Of a stretch of 64,000 nt of DNA, positions 9,791 to 22,760 are shown piece by piece (positions within the stretch are counted from its first letter, which is position 1; the number at the start of each line of letters is the position of its first letter). Position numbers and translations under genes: made by a program. The DNA comes from Mobula hypostoma. Taxonomy: Eukaryota. The DNA lies in assembly GCF_963921235.1 (NCBI RefSeq), contig NC_086118.1:25856001-25920000 (forward strand), read 5' to 3'. The notes beneath the pieces were generated by a model that was not told where the DNA came from, ran no database searches, and was given only the letters and a program-made list of their open reading frames with translations.

Positions 9791-12700
9791 CCACAAGACC
9801 AAGATCCCAGCCTGCAGCCCCAAGCCTTTAGACCCCAGCCATATCCTGTCCCATAGTCATGTCATGTCCTTGCCTGGTTCTAGGGCCCGAGCCCGAGGGA
9901 AGACCCAGGTTTTGGGTCCTTGTCCAGTCTCTGGCTTGGAGCCCAAGCCCAGGCTCCTAGTGCATAGTTCCTTGTCAGGATTCCCTGTCTAGTCCATGTC
10001 CTAGTCCAAGTCTGTGTTCTTGTCCCTGCTCCTTATCTGTTTCCTGTCACGTCCCTACTCCAGTCAAGTCCTGTTCCTTGTACTTCAGTGTCTGTGTCCC
10101 GCATTTGGGTCCGCTACCAGTGCCCCCCCCCATTGTGACACTGTGATAAAGTGGACTTTCACTCCTTCAGTAAACAAGTTAGAAGTCAATTAAAAACAGC
10201 TGTTTGAACATTTTCTCAATAAATGGAAATCTGATAATTAGTTCTGAAAAGTTCATCTTGCTGGGTAAATTGCTATTGATAATTTTGTCATTTGTACTGG
10301 ACAAGATGCAAATGATTGTTATGCAAATGAGAACAGGAGCAGATAACAATCAAATCAAATATTTATATACAGCAAACGTTCTAAAAGTGTTTTTTTCCAT
10401 ATGCCAAGGATGCAGCAAGTTTACAAAGAAATCATTCTTGTACCTTCAAGATTCAGGATTGTACTGAGGAGGCATAAAACATATTTATTGTAGGGGCAAT
10501 GAATATCAAGTTCCTACAAATTAGAAAGAGGAGAGCTGGCCATTGAATAAAGCTTTTATAATGGGTTTCATCCTTACAAAAGTGATTCATGGGTCATGGG
10601 TGACCCCAACTAACAAATATTAGATCTTCTAAAACCCAAACTAGATTCTAATCCAGTTCCTGCCAAACAAATATTTGATTATAAAAAAGTTAGGTTTCGT
10701 GCTAAGTATAGCAGTGCTTCCAGATCAAAAGCAGGGTATAATATGATACACTCTTAATGCAGGAAATTAATTATCATTCCGCCTATAACTAGATCAAAAT
10801 ATGTTATATTAATAAAAACAATGATACTGGCAAAGCGTGATGCAACATCATACAGACATAATTAGTTAATAGTTGTTCTTTGAAATCTAGCAGCTAATTT
10901 GGACTGTGGTAGAGCAACGGGAATCTAAATTCTGGAGTTAGTAGATTCGTGTTGTCTCCTCCGTCCACTGAGCCCCCTGCAAGATCGAAGATCTTCCATC
11001 GGTGTGCGAGCATGAAATGTTCCGTCCTCCGCTCTTGCAAGCATTTCAACTCGGTCCTTACAATAAAAGGACAGAGGCACCTTCCAACACGCACCCGCAA
11101 AATGGCATGCCAAACTTTGGTTTTTGAAGTGGTTTTGATACCAGCACAACTATGACCATTACTGATATTTCGCATACTCAAGTATTTCAATAATCTGCAT
11201 AACGGCATTTAAGATCTGTTTTGCACGAATCAAGAGATACGGTTCGAAAGATTTAGCCACCAGCAACAAATAGCATTTTTAAATAAATAGTAAGAAGCAA
11301 TGACGTGCAAGGCAACTCAGTAATGTTAACTTTGCCATCAAAGCAAACGAAGCACTAGTCTAAACCCTGTATCAGTGACGTGGTTAAGAAATTATTTTAA
11401 CATCAATTTTCTGTGTTCTTTACATCATTCCAACCTCTGGAACGACAGTGTATAATAAAACTACCATGTCCGGATTTGATATTTTATTTTTACCTTTTTC
11501 AACGTCTGCACTCCACGCAGTTGATTCAAGAGATCCATAATGTTTTGCGCATGCTTTTTCATTCTCCATCATTTCTAAATTCAATGGTAAAAACACACAT
11601 GTACTTTCCGCCGTGCCCCAAACCCCTCCCCACGCCTCAGGTTTTTTTTGGTCAGTGATCTTCTAAAGTAGATTCCTACAATACCATGGCATGATTTACA
11701 TCATTATTTAAACGCGTGCAACAATTCAGTAAATTAGCAGGAGACAGCAGCCGCACTTAGGGTGGGAGCTGGATGGATCTGATGCTCCTCTGGTCTCAAT
11801 TCTGAAATTGACCACGGCGGTGAGCGCGGGTTTTACCACAGAGGTGAGTTGTAGAGACATCTGGTGGCTTCTATAGGAATTGTCTCTTATGGGAGGATCT
11901 TTTGTTTCTTGGTAAAGATTTTTTTCTCTGATTACAAATATCTTAAAAGCATTTCAAATGTTAGTAAAGTGGACAGAGAATTAGGGGTAACTATTTGAAT
12001 TTATCTCTTCTGATGTTAATAGACATTTCTCACGCCAGCGAACACTACCACATTATTATTCTTTTGCACTATTTATTTTTTGTAACTTAAATGTTTATGT
12101 TTTACACTGTACTGTTGCCACAAAACAACAAATTTCACCACATATAGTACATCAGTGATAATAAACCTGATTTTGATTTCTATTTTCCAGTTTGCTAAAT
12201 TTGCCAGCCTCTTGGATTCTATTGGCAGTATTTTAATTGCTTAATGTAGATGTATATACACAATTAGAACTGGTTAAAAATAAACAAAACCACCTATAAG
12301 TGGATAGTGAACATCGAAAGAAGAGTGACCCATGAAATTAGACTATTGTCTTTTGTGACAGATTTCTTTTTCATTTTAAAGATGTGGAGTTGCTTTTGTT
12401 TTGCTGGTGCACTGTTTAGAACGGGCATCAGTAAAATGCAACTTCCTGTGTGTACACAGTACGCACCAAAATAAAAACACCCAGACCAAAAATCATTTCA
12501 CCCTTTGATCCCACTAAAAAAACATAATTATTGTCAATTCAACTCTGCCATTGCTTCTTGATCCTTCCATAAAGAAACACGGTTTCCTTTATTTACATCT
12601 TCTGAAATAAAGCATAAATGTTACTAATACTTTTAATCTGGGATGCCCAAAATTTCAGATATGGAAGGTCAATTTCGGAACTAGGCAGAAGGCAGCAAGT

Positions 12701-12849
12701 AAGAGTTGTTGCTGGCTATACTGTGTAGAGTACAAAACACTAGTGATTTTCTCCTACGCATTCTCAACCTGCTAAGAATGCTGAGACAAACCTTATCCTG
12801 AGGGATGAGCACGCTTTGGTGTTGTCCTTCTGCCCACCATGGATCTTTT

Positions 12850-13295
12850 CAGCTACCAATCAATTCTCAGCTTTTTACTTCAAATGCTCTCCCCCTCCTC
12901 CTCAGCTGGTTTCACCCAAAACAAGAGAAAATCTGGAGATGCTGGAAATCCAAAGCAACACACACAGAATGCTGGAGGAACACAGTAGGCCAGGTGGCAT
13001 CTACGAAAAAGAGTAAACAGTTGACATTTCGGGCCAAGACCCTCCATCATGACTGAGTCGACTATTTACTCTTTTCCATAGAGTTCCTCCAGCATTTTGT
13101 GCGTGTTGCCCACCTATTACCTGCCAGCTTGTGCTTCTTCCCTTCCCTTGCCTTCTGCTCCCTTCCTTTCCAGTCCTGATGAAGAGTCTTGGTCTGAAGC
13201 GTTGACTGTTTATTCCCCTCCATAGATGCTGCCTGACTTGCAGAGTTCCTCCAGCATTTTGTGTCTTGCTGAAGATTTCCACCAGCTCCAGTATC
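12850..13295. mobile_element. Cluster of PLE terminal repeats in both orientations
   Basis: Minus copy ~12918-13055 and plus copy ~13110-13295. The hammerhead motifs are degenerate (CAGTC-CTGATGA-A-GAGTCTTGGTCT-GAAGC-GTT-GACTG from 13171). Confidence 0.75.
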
Positions 13296-15569
13296 TCATG
13301 TTGGTGCTGGCTGTTCAAAGTTCAACAAGTCCCTCTCTCTCCTGCGCGCGAGGCCTTTAACTTCCCAACATTTACTGATCAACGTCAAGGTTATCTCACT
13401 CTCAACATTATCACCCCTCCCCCACATTATTTATACAATCTGAATAACTTTCCAACTATATAACTGAACTCACCCCCCCAAACTCCGCTTCCCCACATCC
13501 ATCAAATTGTCAAATCTGTCATTTGCCATCGTCACCAACCCCTTCCCCAGCAGTCCCTGGAGTGGGCGAGGGGGCGATTGAAAAGAGAAAAAACAGATCT
13601 GGAATTTTCTCTTATTTCCAACAGGTTGGCAATTTTTATTTAGCAATTGTTTTGCATTTTTGTACTACAAAAATGTGTTTATTATGTGCCCATCTTGGGG
13701 GGAAAAAGTATCTCAAGAGGACTTTATATGAAAATGGAGGGAAGAGGGGTATATTAGTAAATTGTTATGGGAGCAACAAAAACACAACACAGGAAGTCGA
13801 AGCTTAATATGTTTTTGAGGAAAGAGCAAGACAATAAATGAGAATTTATTGTCAACAATGATCCAGACATATTCAGTGAATATCTATGTGGCAAGTATAT
13901 TGTGAACTTGGAGTTGTAATTCCAAATGCTGATGTCCTGTCTGGTGGCAAAATCCTTTATAGGAATCTTTTATAAGTATACAAGCAATCAGGCTGCAGAT
14001 TTCTAGGTTAAATTAAGCTTGGGAAGAAGCAGCCCAAAAGGGAAGCACTAGGTAAAGATCCAATGTTATTTTAATTGACATTTTATTTACATTATTTTTA
14101 ACCAAGTAGAACTCTTCTTACAAGGAGTCAACCATATATCAATACCAGCTCTTAATGAGCAAGTAGGACATCATTTGTGGAGAGACAACAGAATTTAATG
14201 CCTCACTCTGATGACCTTCCTTCAGAATTGTTGGAAATAAGGAAAAAAATCCATCTTTTTTCCAGCGTTGGTGAAAGATCATTGACTGAAACATTAACTG
14301 TTTCCTTGTCTATGGATGGGGTCTGATCTCAAGATCCAGGATTGAAGATTATTTATCATGTGTACATCAAAAACATAGTGGAATTTCTCATTTACTTTAA
14401 TAATCAATCTTCTATTTATTTCAACTTTTCATTTTGGTTTCAGATTTTCATTGTTTGAAACATTTTACATTTGGACTTCAGCTGTTAAGTTACACGTCAG
14501 TCAGATGATAAACAAAACACATCACAAATCTGATTGGTCAGTAGAGTTACTATTTGTGATGGTGGTAGTATTTTTGTAAATGAGACTACTGACACCTAGC
14601 GAGCAAACTCATCGATGCTGCAACCCTTCAGGATTATTAGATGATGATTTGTTTTCATTACATAAATTAGATTGAAACAGGAACAACTTTGTATTTAAGT
14701 TACCACCCTTTCCCTCACAAAGAAACTTACAGGTAAGGAGAATCAGCAGTCTAGTATCACACTGCAAAAGGCTGCTTGTTTGGCTTTGTTCTACTACTTC
14801 TGAGTTGAAGCAAACTGAGCATCCCTTAGTGGAGCAAAATAAATGATAGCACTCAGTCAAAGAGCATCTGAGGGAAGAAATACTGAGGGGAGTCAATGAT
14901 TCAACATAAGAAAACAGGCTTGTTCAAAGCTGCAGAGAGGAGGATAATGGAGAAAAATCTGAGTGCGCTTGTCCATGATAAGGTGTAGATTGAAATTGTC
15001 GAGGTAACAATAACTTTAAAACCTTGTGGTTAGATATAGAAGACAGGGGAAAAAATAAACTAATTGAAACAGAAGATATTGTCACAACCACAGATTCGGC
15101 AGCACAGCAGATATTGCAATTGCGCTCGTGAACATGCACATGTCAGCTAATTATTATTTCATTGTGATGGTATTTAACTCCATTCTTTTCATCATAGCGC
15201 TTGTTGAGACCCGAACAAAGCACAGCAACATTTTGCTGTCTTCTTGCATTTGGCCTTGCCTGAGAAATTGGACTGTAGAGTCTGCTGACTCTGAAGACCA
15301 GCGGTGTTCGTTTTATATTTAGTTATTTCTTTCAGCTGCAGTGTAGGCCTCATTTTCCATTTGAGAGTTTTAGTTAATGGCCCTGTTTGGCTTAGCATGT
15401 ATTGTTTTCTTTCCCTCTAACTCTGTTCGCATTAAAGTCTGTGAACTATTGACCTACTTCAGTGTCTCTCACTCCACACTTGGGCCATATCTGAACACAG
15501 TGACAGGTATCATCATATCTGTGGAAAGAAAAATAAAGGGGTGTTTGCCTGAAATTAGATTATGAGAAC

Positions 15570-16160
15570 ACTCAGTCCTCTTTTATTGTCATTTAGAAAT
15601 GCATATATGCATTAAGAAATGATACAATGTTTCTCCGGAGTGATATCACAGAAACCAGGACAAACCAAAGACTAACACTGACAAAACCACGTAATTATAA
15701 CATATAGTTACAGCAGTGCAAAACAATACCATAATTTGATGAAGAACAAACCATGGGCACGGTAAAAAAAAAAGTCTCAAAGTCCCCAAGTCGATCGACT
15801 CCCGAGTCCCCGATAGGCAGCAAAAGGGAGAAACTCCCTGCCATTAACCGCCAGGCACCGTCAACTTGCTGATGCCTTGGAAGCAGCCGACCACAGCCGA
15901 CACTAAGTGAGTCCATCCGTTCCAAAACTTCGAGCCTCCGACTAGCCCCTCCGATACAGCCTCCCGAGCGCCATCCTCTGCCAAGTGCCTTTGACCTAGC
16001 CCCGGCCGCTGAAACAAGCAAGGCTGAGGATTCGGGGCCTTCTGCTCTGGAGATTCCGGTTACCACACAGTAGCAGCAGCAGCGAAGCGGGCATTTCAGA
16101 GGTTTTCCAGATGTTCCCCTGTACTCTCACATCCGTCTCCATCAAATCAGAATTGTGCAC
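15570..16160 (-). mobile_element. LINE-tail-like interspersed repeat
   Basis: TTTATTGTCATT...GATACAATG start resembles the reverse-oriented LINE tails elsewhere in the window; CpG-rich body. Family not determined. Confidence 0.45.
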
Positions 16161-18099
16161 GAATTATTGAATTGAATATTAGGTTCTCAATATTGTACCA
16201 TGTAACATAGTCACATGGAAGATGAAGTGATGTGCCAAGTTCACATTGAGTCCTGAGACACATGTCAGAATAGGAAGGGGATAGGGCAACTATGAACTGA
16301 AGAAGGAATTCAGTATATGGGTCCTGCAGTCTGCAATTGTTTCCTCCGGTGTGAAAGACACCACATCATCAACACTAAATGAAGTACACTAGATTGGAAG
16401 TAGTGCAAATTAATTGCTATTTTGCCTGGAATGACTGCTTTGTTACCTGGATGGTGGAAAGAGGTAAGAAGGTAGATGTTCCATTTCCTGTTGCTGTGTG
16501 GGATAAAAGTCAGTTGGTTGAGAATAAGAGTGAACAAGGGCTTGCAGAGATAATCATCTCTTTGGAATGCTGAAATGGTAGGAGAAAGTAAGGCATGTTT
16601 GTTAGTAGTATCTCATTGAAGATTGCATTTTTTCCCCTCATGGTAGATATATTTATTCTGAATTTTTAATAACCCACTTATATTTATGAGGCTGCCATGC
16701 ATATTGTATATAAACTGCTGCCAAGTGACATGATGTTCGCAGAAAACAGACATGCTAAATGGTAGACTGCTAGAATTTGATAACTACTCAAATGCATGAA
16801 TCCCTGAATGTATTATTTCTGATATAGGCGCACAATGTGAATAATGTGCTGGTGCCAACAGGGTACAATGCAAGCATTTCATGGCCATTTCAGTGTGAAA
16901 GAAGCATGAAGTAAGCAGAAGTTACAAGCAGAGACAATTTCAAAAGAGACACTCCTTTATTTTCTAAAAAAAAGTGTTTATAATACAGTTTTAAAATGAA
17001 TAAGCCAGGAAAATTTAGTACATCAAAATCTGTTCACTGTAAGTTGTAAGGTATTTGAAACTGTGCACATGACAGATTATCATTAGTTAATATGGGCAAT
17101 GATGAGGTTATGAAATGGCAAGCAGGAATTTGGCCCTGCAATTTAGAAATAGAGTAGAATCCTTTAGTAACTGAGAGCCTTGGTTAGAATAAATTAGGTA
17201 ATTGTGATGTGATTATATAGAGCACAATTTGGTTCTCTTTGAAAATAAGCACCTACATGTACTTTTTCTGTCAATTTTTAAATTTAATCTAAACGACTTG
17301 ACAGATTTGGAAACACACACCTCACATCGTTCTGTGTTACCATGACAACAGTACTCCTGTATGCTGAAAGCTCTGTTCATAAAAACAGGATGTTTCATAT
17401 CTTTCAGTTCTTTGACATATACCACCAGCAACATAATGTCATTTAAAACATATATACAGAAAGGTGCTGGAAAAGGGCTAGTAACATCATGAAGGATCCC
17501 ACACACCCTGCTCATGGCTGTTTATCCCACACTCATCAGGGAGGAGGTTACCTAAAATCCATGCTGGGACCAGTAGCCTAAAAAAACAGTTAATTTCCCC
17601 AAGTGGTAAGACTGATCAACTCCACCAATACTTTATTATTTCCCATCAATCACCTTATCTGCCACAACCTGGATTAACACATTGACATCGCATGGAGGCT
17701 TGTGTGCTTCAAAGACTATCAGGCAATGCCAACTCAGGGCCACAAATGTTGGAATGGCTGTGGACAAGATGGCAGATGAAGATTGATCCAACCCCGGCTC
17801 CTGAACAGACGGACTCACTCCTGCCTCTCCCAGGCCACACTTCATCGTGAATCAAGCCAACTTTTCAATATCGGCCATGAGCTGGAGGAGCGGCTTGACA
17901 AAAACCAGTTAGAAGTGTGAAGAGAGAGAAAAAAAATCTGCCATATGAAACAACAGCAAGTCACATTATGCATAGGCTAGCCTCTCTTAATGGACATACA
18001 ATCAATGTATATAAGCTATCTAATAGTTTAAGTTTAGATCCACAATCCTGACTGCCCAAGTAGACCTACTGTCTCTGCCTGCTCCTGCTCTACTCCTCC

Positions 18100-18497
18100 A
18101 AGAGGACCACAAACTTGTGGTAGGGTTAGGAGGCTTGCGTACCTCAAAGACCCAGACAGCTACATTGGCTGGAGTCAGGGTTTTATGCTTTGGATCTTGG
18201 TAGAGTCAGCCATGTCAAACAGGTCAAAAAGGGTAGAGGCCAGTCTATGTGTCCACCAGTCCTCCCGGTTCAGTGGTTCAACTCAGGGTTAACAGCCCTG
18301 ACTGGTAAAACAAAACAGTTACAGAAACAGCAATGAGGAACCTTTCTACATCTGAATGCGGTGGTATTCCACCAGACCCTTGCATGACTAACAGCAGTGA
18401 AAAATGAGCTATTGACATAATAAAGGAAGTCCTGAACTCCGCCTGAGATGAAGGACATTCATTGCTGCCCTAAATAGCAGTGGCATAATGGGCAGTA
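18100..18497 (+). mobile_element. RTE-derived non-autonomous element (5'UTR joined to 3' tail)
   Basis: GGAGGCTTGCGT...GACCC...AGCTA...TGGTAGAGTCAGCCATGTCAAACAGGTC resembles the Rex3/Expander 5'UTR; ends TTGCTGCCCTAAATAGCAGTGGCATAATGGGCAGTA, like RTE tails. Confidence 0.55.
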
Positions 18498-18499
18498 GG

Positions 18500-20145
18500 C
18501 TCCTGCTCCACTGAAGTCATGTTCTCATACCCTGACTCCATTCTATCCCCATTGGTACAGTCCCTTCCCACCTACATCTACAACCCTTCTCATGCTCTCA
18601 ATCTCTTCAGGAGCTTTCAATTCCCTGGACCTCTCTGTCTTATTTTCAAGATGTTGTCCAGTTCCTATACATTTCTATCCCCAATCAAGGTCTTAAATCT
18701 CTCCATTTCTTTCCCAATAAAAGAACCAACCAGTATCCCCCCACCACCACCACCCTCCTCCATCTGCCAGAACTGATCCTCACCTTCAACAAATTTTCCT
18801 TTGGCTACACCCACTTTCTGCAGACTTGAGGGGTAGCCATGGGCCCGAGCTATGTCTGCCCTTTCGTTGGCAATATAGGCCTTCCCCGGTAATGGTCCCC
18901 AAATCTTCCTCCACTACATTGACAATTGGTGCTGCTTCATGCATCCAAGCTGAGCTCGTCAATTTCATCAACTTTGCCTCCAACCTCTACCCTGCCCTTT
19001 AACCCACTTGGTCCATTTCTGACACCTCCCTCCCCTTTCTCAAGCTCTCTGCTTCCATCTCTGGAGACAAACTGTCGACTGACACCTTTTTAAAAACCTT
19101 CTGATTCCTATGATAATCTTGACTATAACTCTTTCTGTCTCCTGTACAAATGCTATCCCCTTTTCTCAGTTCCTTTGTCTCTGCTGGATCTGTTCCCAGA
19201 ATGAGGCTTTCCTTTCCAGGACATCAGAGATGTCCCCCTTCTTCAAAGAACGCAGTTTCTCTTCCTCCACCCTTGATGTTGCACTCACCTGATCTCCTCC
19301 ATCTCCCAAACATCTGCACTCACCCTAGCCTCCTGTCCCTTAACATTGAATTGAATTGAATTGAATTGAATTGAATTTACTTTACTTCTTACATCCTTCA
19401 CCACAAGGAGTAAAAATCTTTATATTATGTCTCCGTCTAAATGTGCAATCATAGTAATTTATAATAATTTATAACATATAGAACAGTCACTGTAACATAG
19501 AAATACACTCAGATCAGTGAGTTCATCAGTTTGATGGCCTGGTGGAAGAAGCTGTCCCAGAGCCTGTTGATCCTGGCTTTTATGCTACGATACCATTTCC
19601 TAGATGGTAGCAGCTGGAATAAATTTTGGTTGGGGTGACTTGGGTCTCCAGTGATCTTTTGGGCTCGTTTCTCACACCTGTCTTTGTAAATGTCCTGATA
19701 GTGTTCCTCTTGTCCTTACCTACCATCCCATGAGCCTCCGCATCCAGCACATCATCCTCCACAATTTCTGCCATCTCGGAAGGAATCCTACCACTAACCA
19801 TCCCTCCCCCTTCCCTCTACTTTTATTCCCCATTCTGGCCTCTTACCTCTTTTCAGCTGCTTATCACCTCCCTGAGTTTCCCCTCCTTCCCTTTCTCCTA
19901 CAGTTCACTCTCCTCTCCTATCAGATTCCTTCCTCTTCACCCTTTATTTTTCCTACCCACCTGGCCTCACCTATCATATTCTAGCTATCCTCCTTCCCCT
20001 CCCCACCCACCTTTTATACTGGTGTTTCTCCCTTCCATCTCAGTCCCGCTGAAGGGTCTCAGCTCAAAACATTGACTGTTTCATCATTTCCATACATGCT
20101 GCCTGATCTGCTGAGTTCCTCCGGCATTTTGTGCATGCTGCTCTA
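18500..20145 (+). mobile_element. Penelope-like element with decayed reverse transcriptase
   Basis: Manual translation gives TFNKFSFGYTHFLQT*GVAMGPSYVCPFVG (~18780-18875) and IFLHYIDN (~18900-18925); ORF track gives AIPFSQFLCLCWICSQ. Terminal repeat at ~20040-20145. Confidence 0.8.
19345..19699 (-). mobile_element. Rex1/Babar-type LINE 3' fragment nested in the PLE, with (ATTGA)n tail
   Basis: (ATTGA)n at ~19345-19376 followed by GGCCTGGTGGAAGAAGCTGTCC; PLE sequence resumes at ~19700. Confidence 0.7.
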
Positions 20146-20279
20146 AGTTTATTGTATTTTTTAAATTATTATTATTCTGTTCTTTTTTGTGCTGCATCGG
20201 ATCTGCAGAAGTAACTATTTTGTTCTCTTTACACTCGTGTACAGGAAACTATCAATCAAACTTGAATCTTGAAAATGTT

Positions 20280-20735
20280 AAATCCTGCAGCAACCATCGT
20301 AGGGACCCCATCACCCAGGCCATGCTCTCTTCTCACTACTGCCATCAGGAAGGTGGCACAGGAGCCTTAGGACCCACACCACCAGGTTCAGGAACAGTTA
20401 TTACCCCTCAACCATCAGGTTCTTGAACAATAGGGGATAACTTCACTCATCCCATCACTGAAGTATTCCACAACCTGTGGGCTCACTTTCAAGGTCTCTT
20501 CATCTTAGGTTCTCAATATTTAATGCTTATTTATTTATTATTTCCTTTTTTTTTTGGATTTTCAGTTTGTTGTCTTCTGCATGTTGGTTGTCTGTCTTAT
20601 TGGGTACGGTCTTTCATTGGTTCTATTGTGTTTCTTGTATTTACTGCGGTTACCGGCAAGAAAATGAATCTGAGGGCTGTATATGGTAACATATACAGTA
20701 TGTATTTTAATAATAAATTTACTTTGAACTTTGAA
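20280..20735 (+). mobile_element. Rex1/Babar-type LINE 3' fragment
   Basis: CATGCTCTCTTCTCACTACTGCCATCAGG...AATAAATTTACTTTGAACTTTG; same family as 30440-30885. Confidence 0.8.
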
Positions 20736-21369
20736 ATAAATTTCTAAACAAAGAATGACTTAAAACATGATTTATAATCAAATGAATATATTTAGTAATT
20801 AAGCAACTTTGATCTCAGACTTCATAACTCAACTTACTCTTACAAGACATTACAGTGTCAATAGGTGATGAATTACATTTCTAGAGGAAATAAGCTGATC
20901 TACAAAACAGTTTAAATAACTAATTTTCTAGGGAAGATGCTCTGAACTATAATGGTTGCTGCCATATAAAAATGTTCCTTTGGAATCTATTGACATACAG
21001 GCCTCAATTGAACATGTTTCGTCAACACTCAAGTGTCAGAAAAAAAAGCTTGTGAGGAATAAAAAACAATAAAATATAAGAAATACCCATCAGGCTGCAG
21101 CTGTGGGAAGAAAACATTAACTTTTTGTATAATAGTTAATTTATATCCTTCATTAGAAGCAATATCATGGGTGTACAATTAGCAAGATTGAATTGTGAGA
21201 AAAGTTCACAAAATGAAGCGTCAGGTAAAGAAAATTAGAGGTTGATATAATTAATATGACTAACTGTGACTGAACATGGTGTGGTGAGAATTTTTTTTCC
21301 TCAACGGACTGGAAATTTACAAGTGGAGCTTGGCAAATATCAGAGACCCTTTCTGCAGTAACAATGGGA

Positions 21370-22760
21370 ATCTGGAGACACAAGAGTCTTCAGGTGTTGA
21401 ATATGAAGCAAAAAAAAACACGCTCAGCTGTTGGAAATCGGCAGTTCAGGCAGCATCCGTGGAAGCAGAAGGATAACACATTTCAGGTCTGGATGAAGAA
21501 TGTATAGGGAGGATCTGGCACCTCCTTACCCTTGTGCATCTCTGCCTCCATTTCAACTGACATTTACTATAAATCCACTAACTCCCACAACTACCTAGAC
21601 TACAACCCCTCACACCCTGCCTTTTGTTAGAATGCCTTTTTTTCATTCCCTCCAATTCCACCACATCTATTCTTGAGAGAAGGCTTCCCATTTAAGGACA
21701 TCTGCAATGTCCCTTTTTCAGGAAATGTGGATTCGTCTCTAGTGTGGTCAATGGAGCCCTCAATCACATCACCTCCATTTCACACACTTCTGCTCTCACT
21801 CCATGTCCTCAAAAGAGAAGAGACAGAGTTCCCTTGGTCCTTCCCTATCACCCTACTGGTGATCACATTCAGCACATCAATCTTCGATATTTAGGTCAGC
21901 AGCAACGCGATCCCAGCTACAGTCACTTCTTCCCTTCCTCACCCCTTTCTGCAGAGAGCACTGGCTCGATGATTCCCCAGTTTGCTCATCGCTCAACAAC
22001 CATTCCTTCTCTGGCACTTTCCCCTGCAACTGCAGGAGGTGCAACAGGCAGGACCTTCCTTCCGAAATGTCATCCTTCCAAGTGAGACAAAGATTCATAT
22101 GCAATGGTCTATTGCATTTGGAGCTGCCAATGTGGCCTCCCCAACGTTGGTAAGAACTAGACAACAAAACTACTTTCTGCACTCTTGATTTCAACTCCTC
22201 TTCCTGTTCCCTCACCAACCTGCCTGTACTTATCCTTCTCTACTGCCAGAGTGAGGCAAAATGCAAAGTAGAGCTGTTCCTTATACTCCACCAGCATAAT
22301 ATACAATCCAATGCCATGAACTTTGAATTTTCTGGGATCAGGTAACACAAAACCCCACACTCATTTCCCTCTCTTTTTTATCCAACCAGGTTCTCTTACA
22401 CCTCACCTTGTCTACTATTACCCAGCTTCTTTCCCATCCCCTAGTGGTTCCATCTGCCTGATTTCCCTCTTTGATCTAGTTCCACCTATCACCTTCCAAA
22501 ATCTGCAGCAGTTTGTTGTTTCCGCTTATCACCTTCCTACCTCTGCCTCCATCCTCCCATCCCACCTCTATCTGCTAATCATTTGCCTTATCTGATTCCA
22601 TCTATCACCTGCCAACTTCTGCCTCAATCCTCCCCTCTCACCTCCAAATATTGGCTATCTCCTGATTACACTCAGTCCTGATTACACTCAGTCCTGATGC
22701 AGGACCTCGACCCAAAATGTCAGCCATCTCTCCGCTTCCAGAGATGCTGCCTGACTTGAA
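21370..22760 (+). mobile_element. Second, older Penelope-like family with a short inverted 5' terminus
   Basis: RDRVPLVLPYHP..IQHI motif (ORF 21744-22085), GIY-YIG remnant at ~22105-22160, terminal repeat at ~22690-22760 and an inverted terminus at ~21370-21500. Confidence 0.7.

Larger units (their letters stand above)
8887..10140 (+). mobile_element. Solo LTR (Gypsy-like), 1254 bp, with internal tandem arrays
   Basis: Begins TGTCAT and ends GTGACA. Flanks CTATG (8882-8886) and CTGTG (10141-10145) form a 5-bp TSD with one mismatch. GCATTTGGGTCC near the 3' end resembles fish Gypsy LTR ends. Confidence 0.75.

Noticed and set aside
9243..9856. Overlapping repetitive ORFs and a CRISPR-like periodicity
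   Set aside because: Head-to-tail minisatellites inside an LTR, with no unique spacers and no cas genes, in a vertebrate context.
18100..18170. Possible HDV-like ribozyme at the 5' end of the RTE-derived element
   Set aside because: I could not fit a nested double pseudoknot by eye; it needs a descriptor search on the family consensus.
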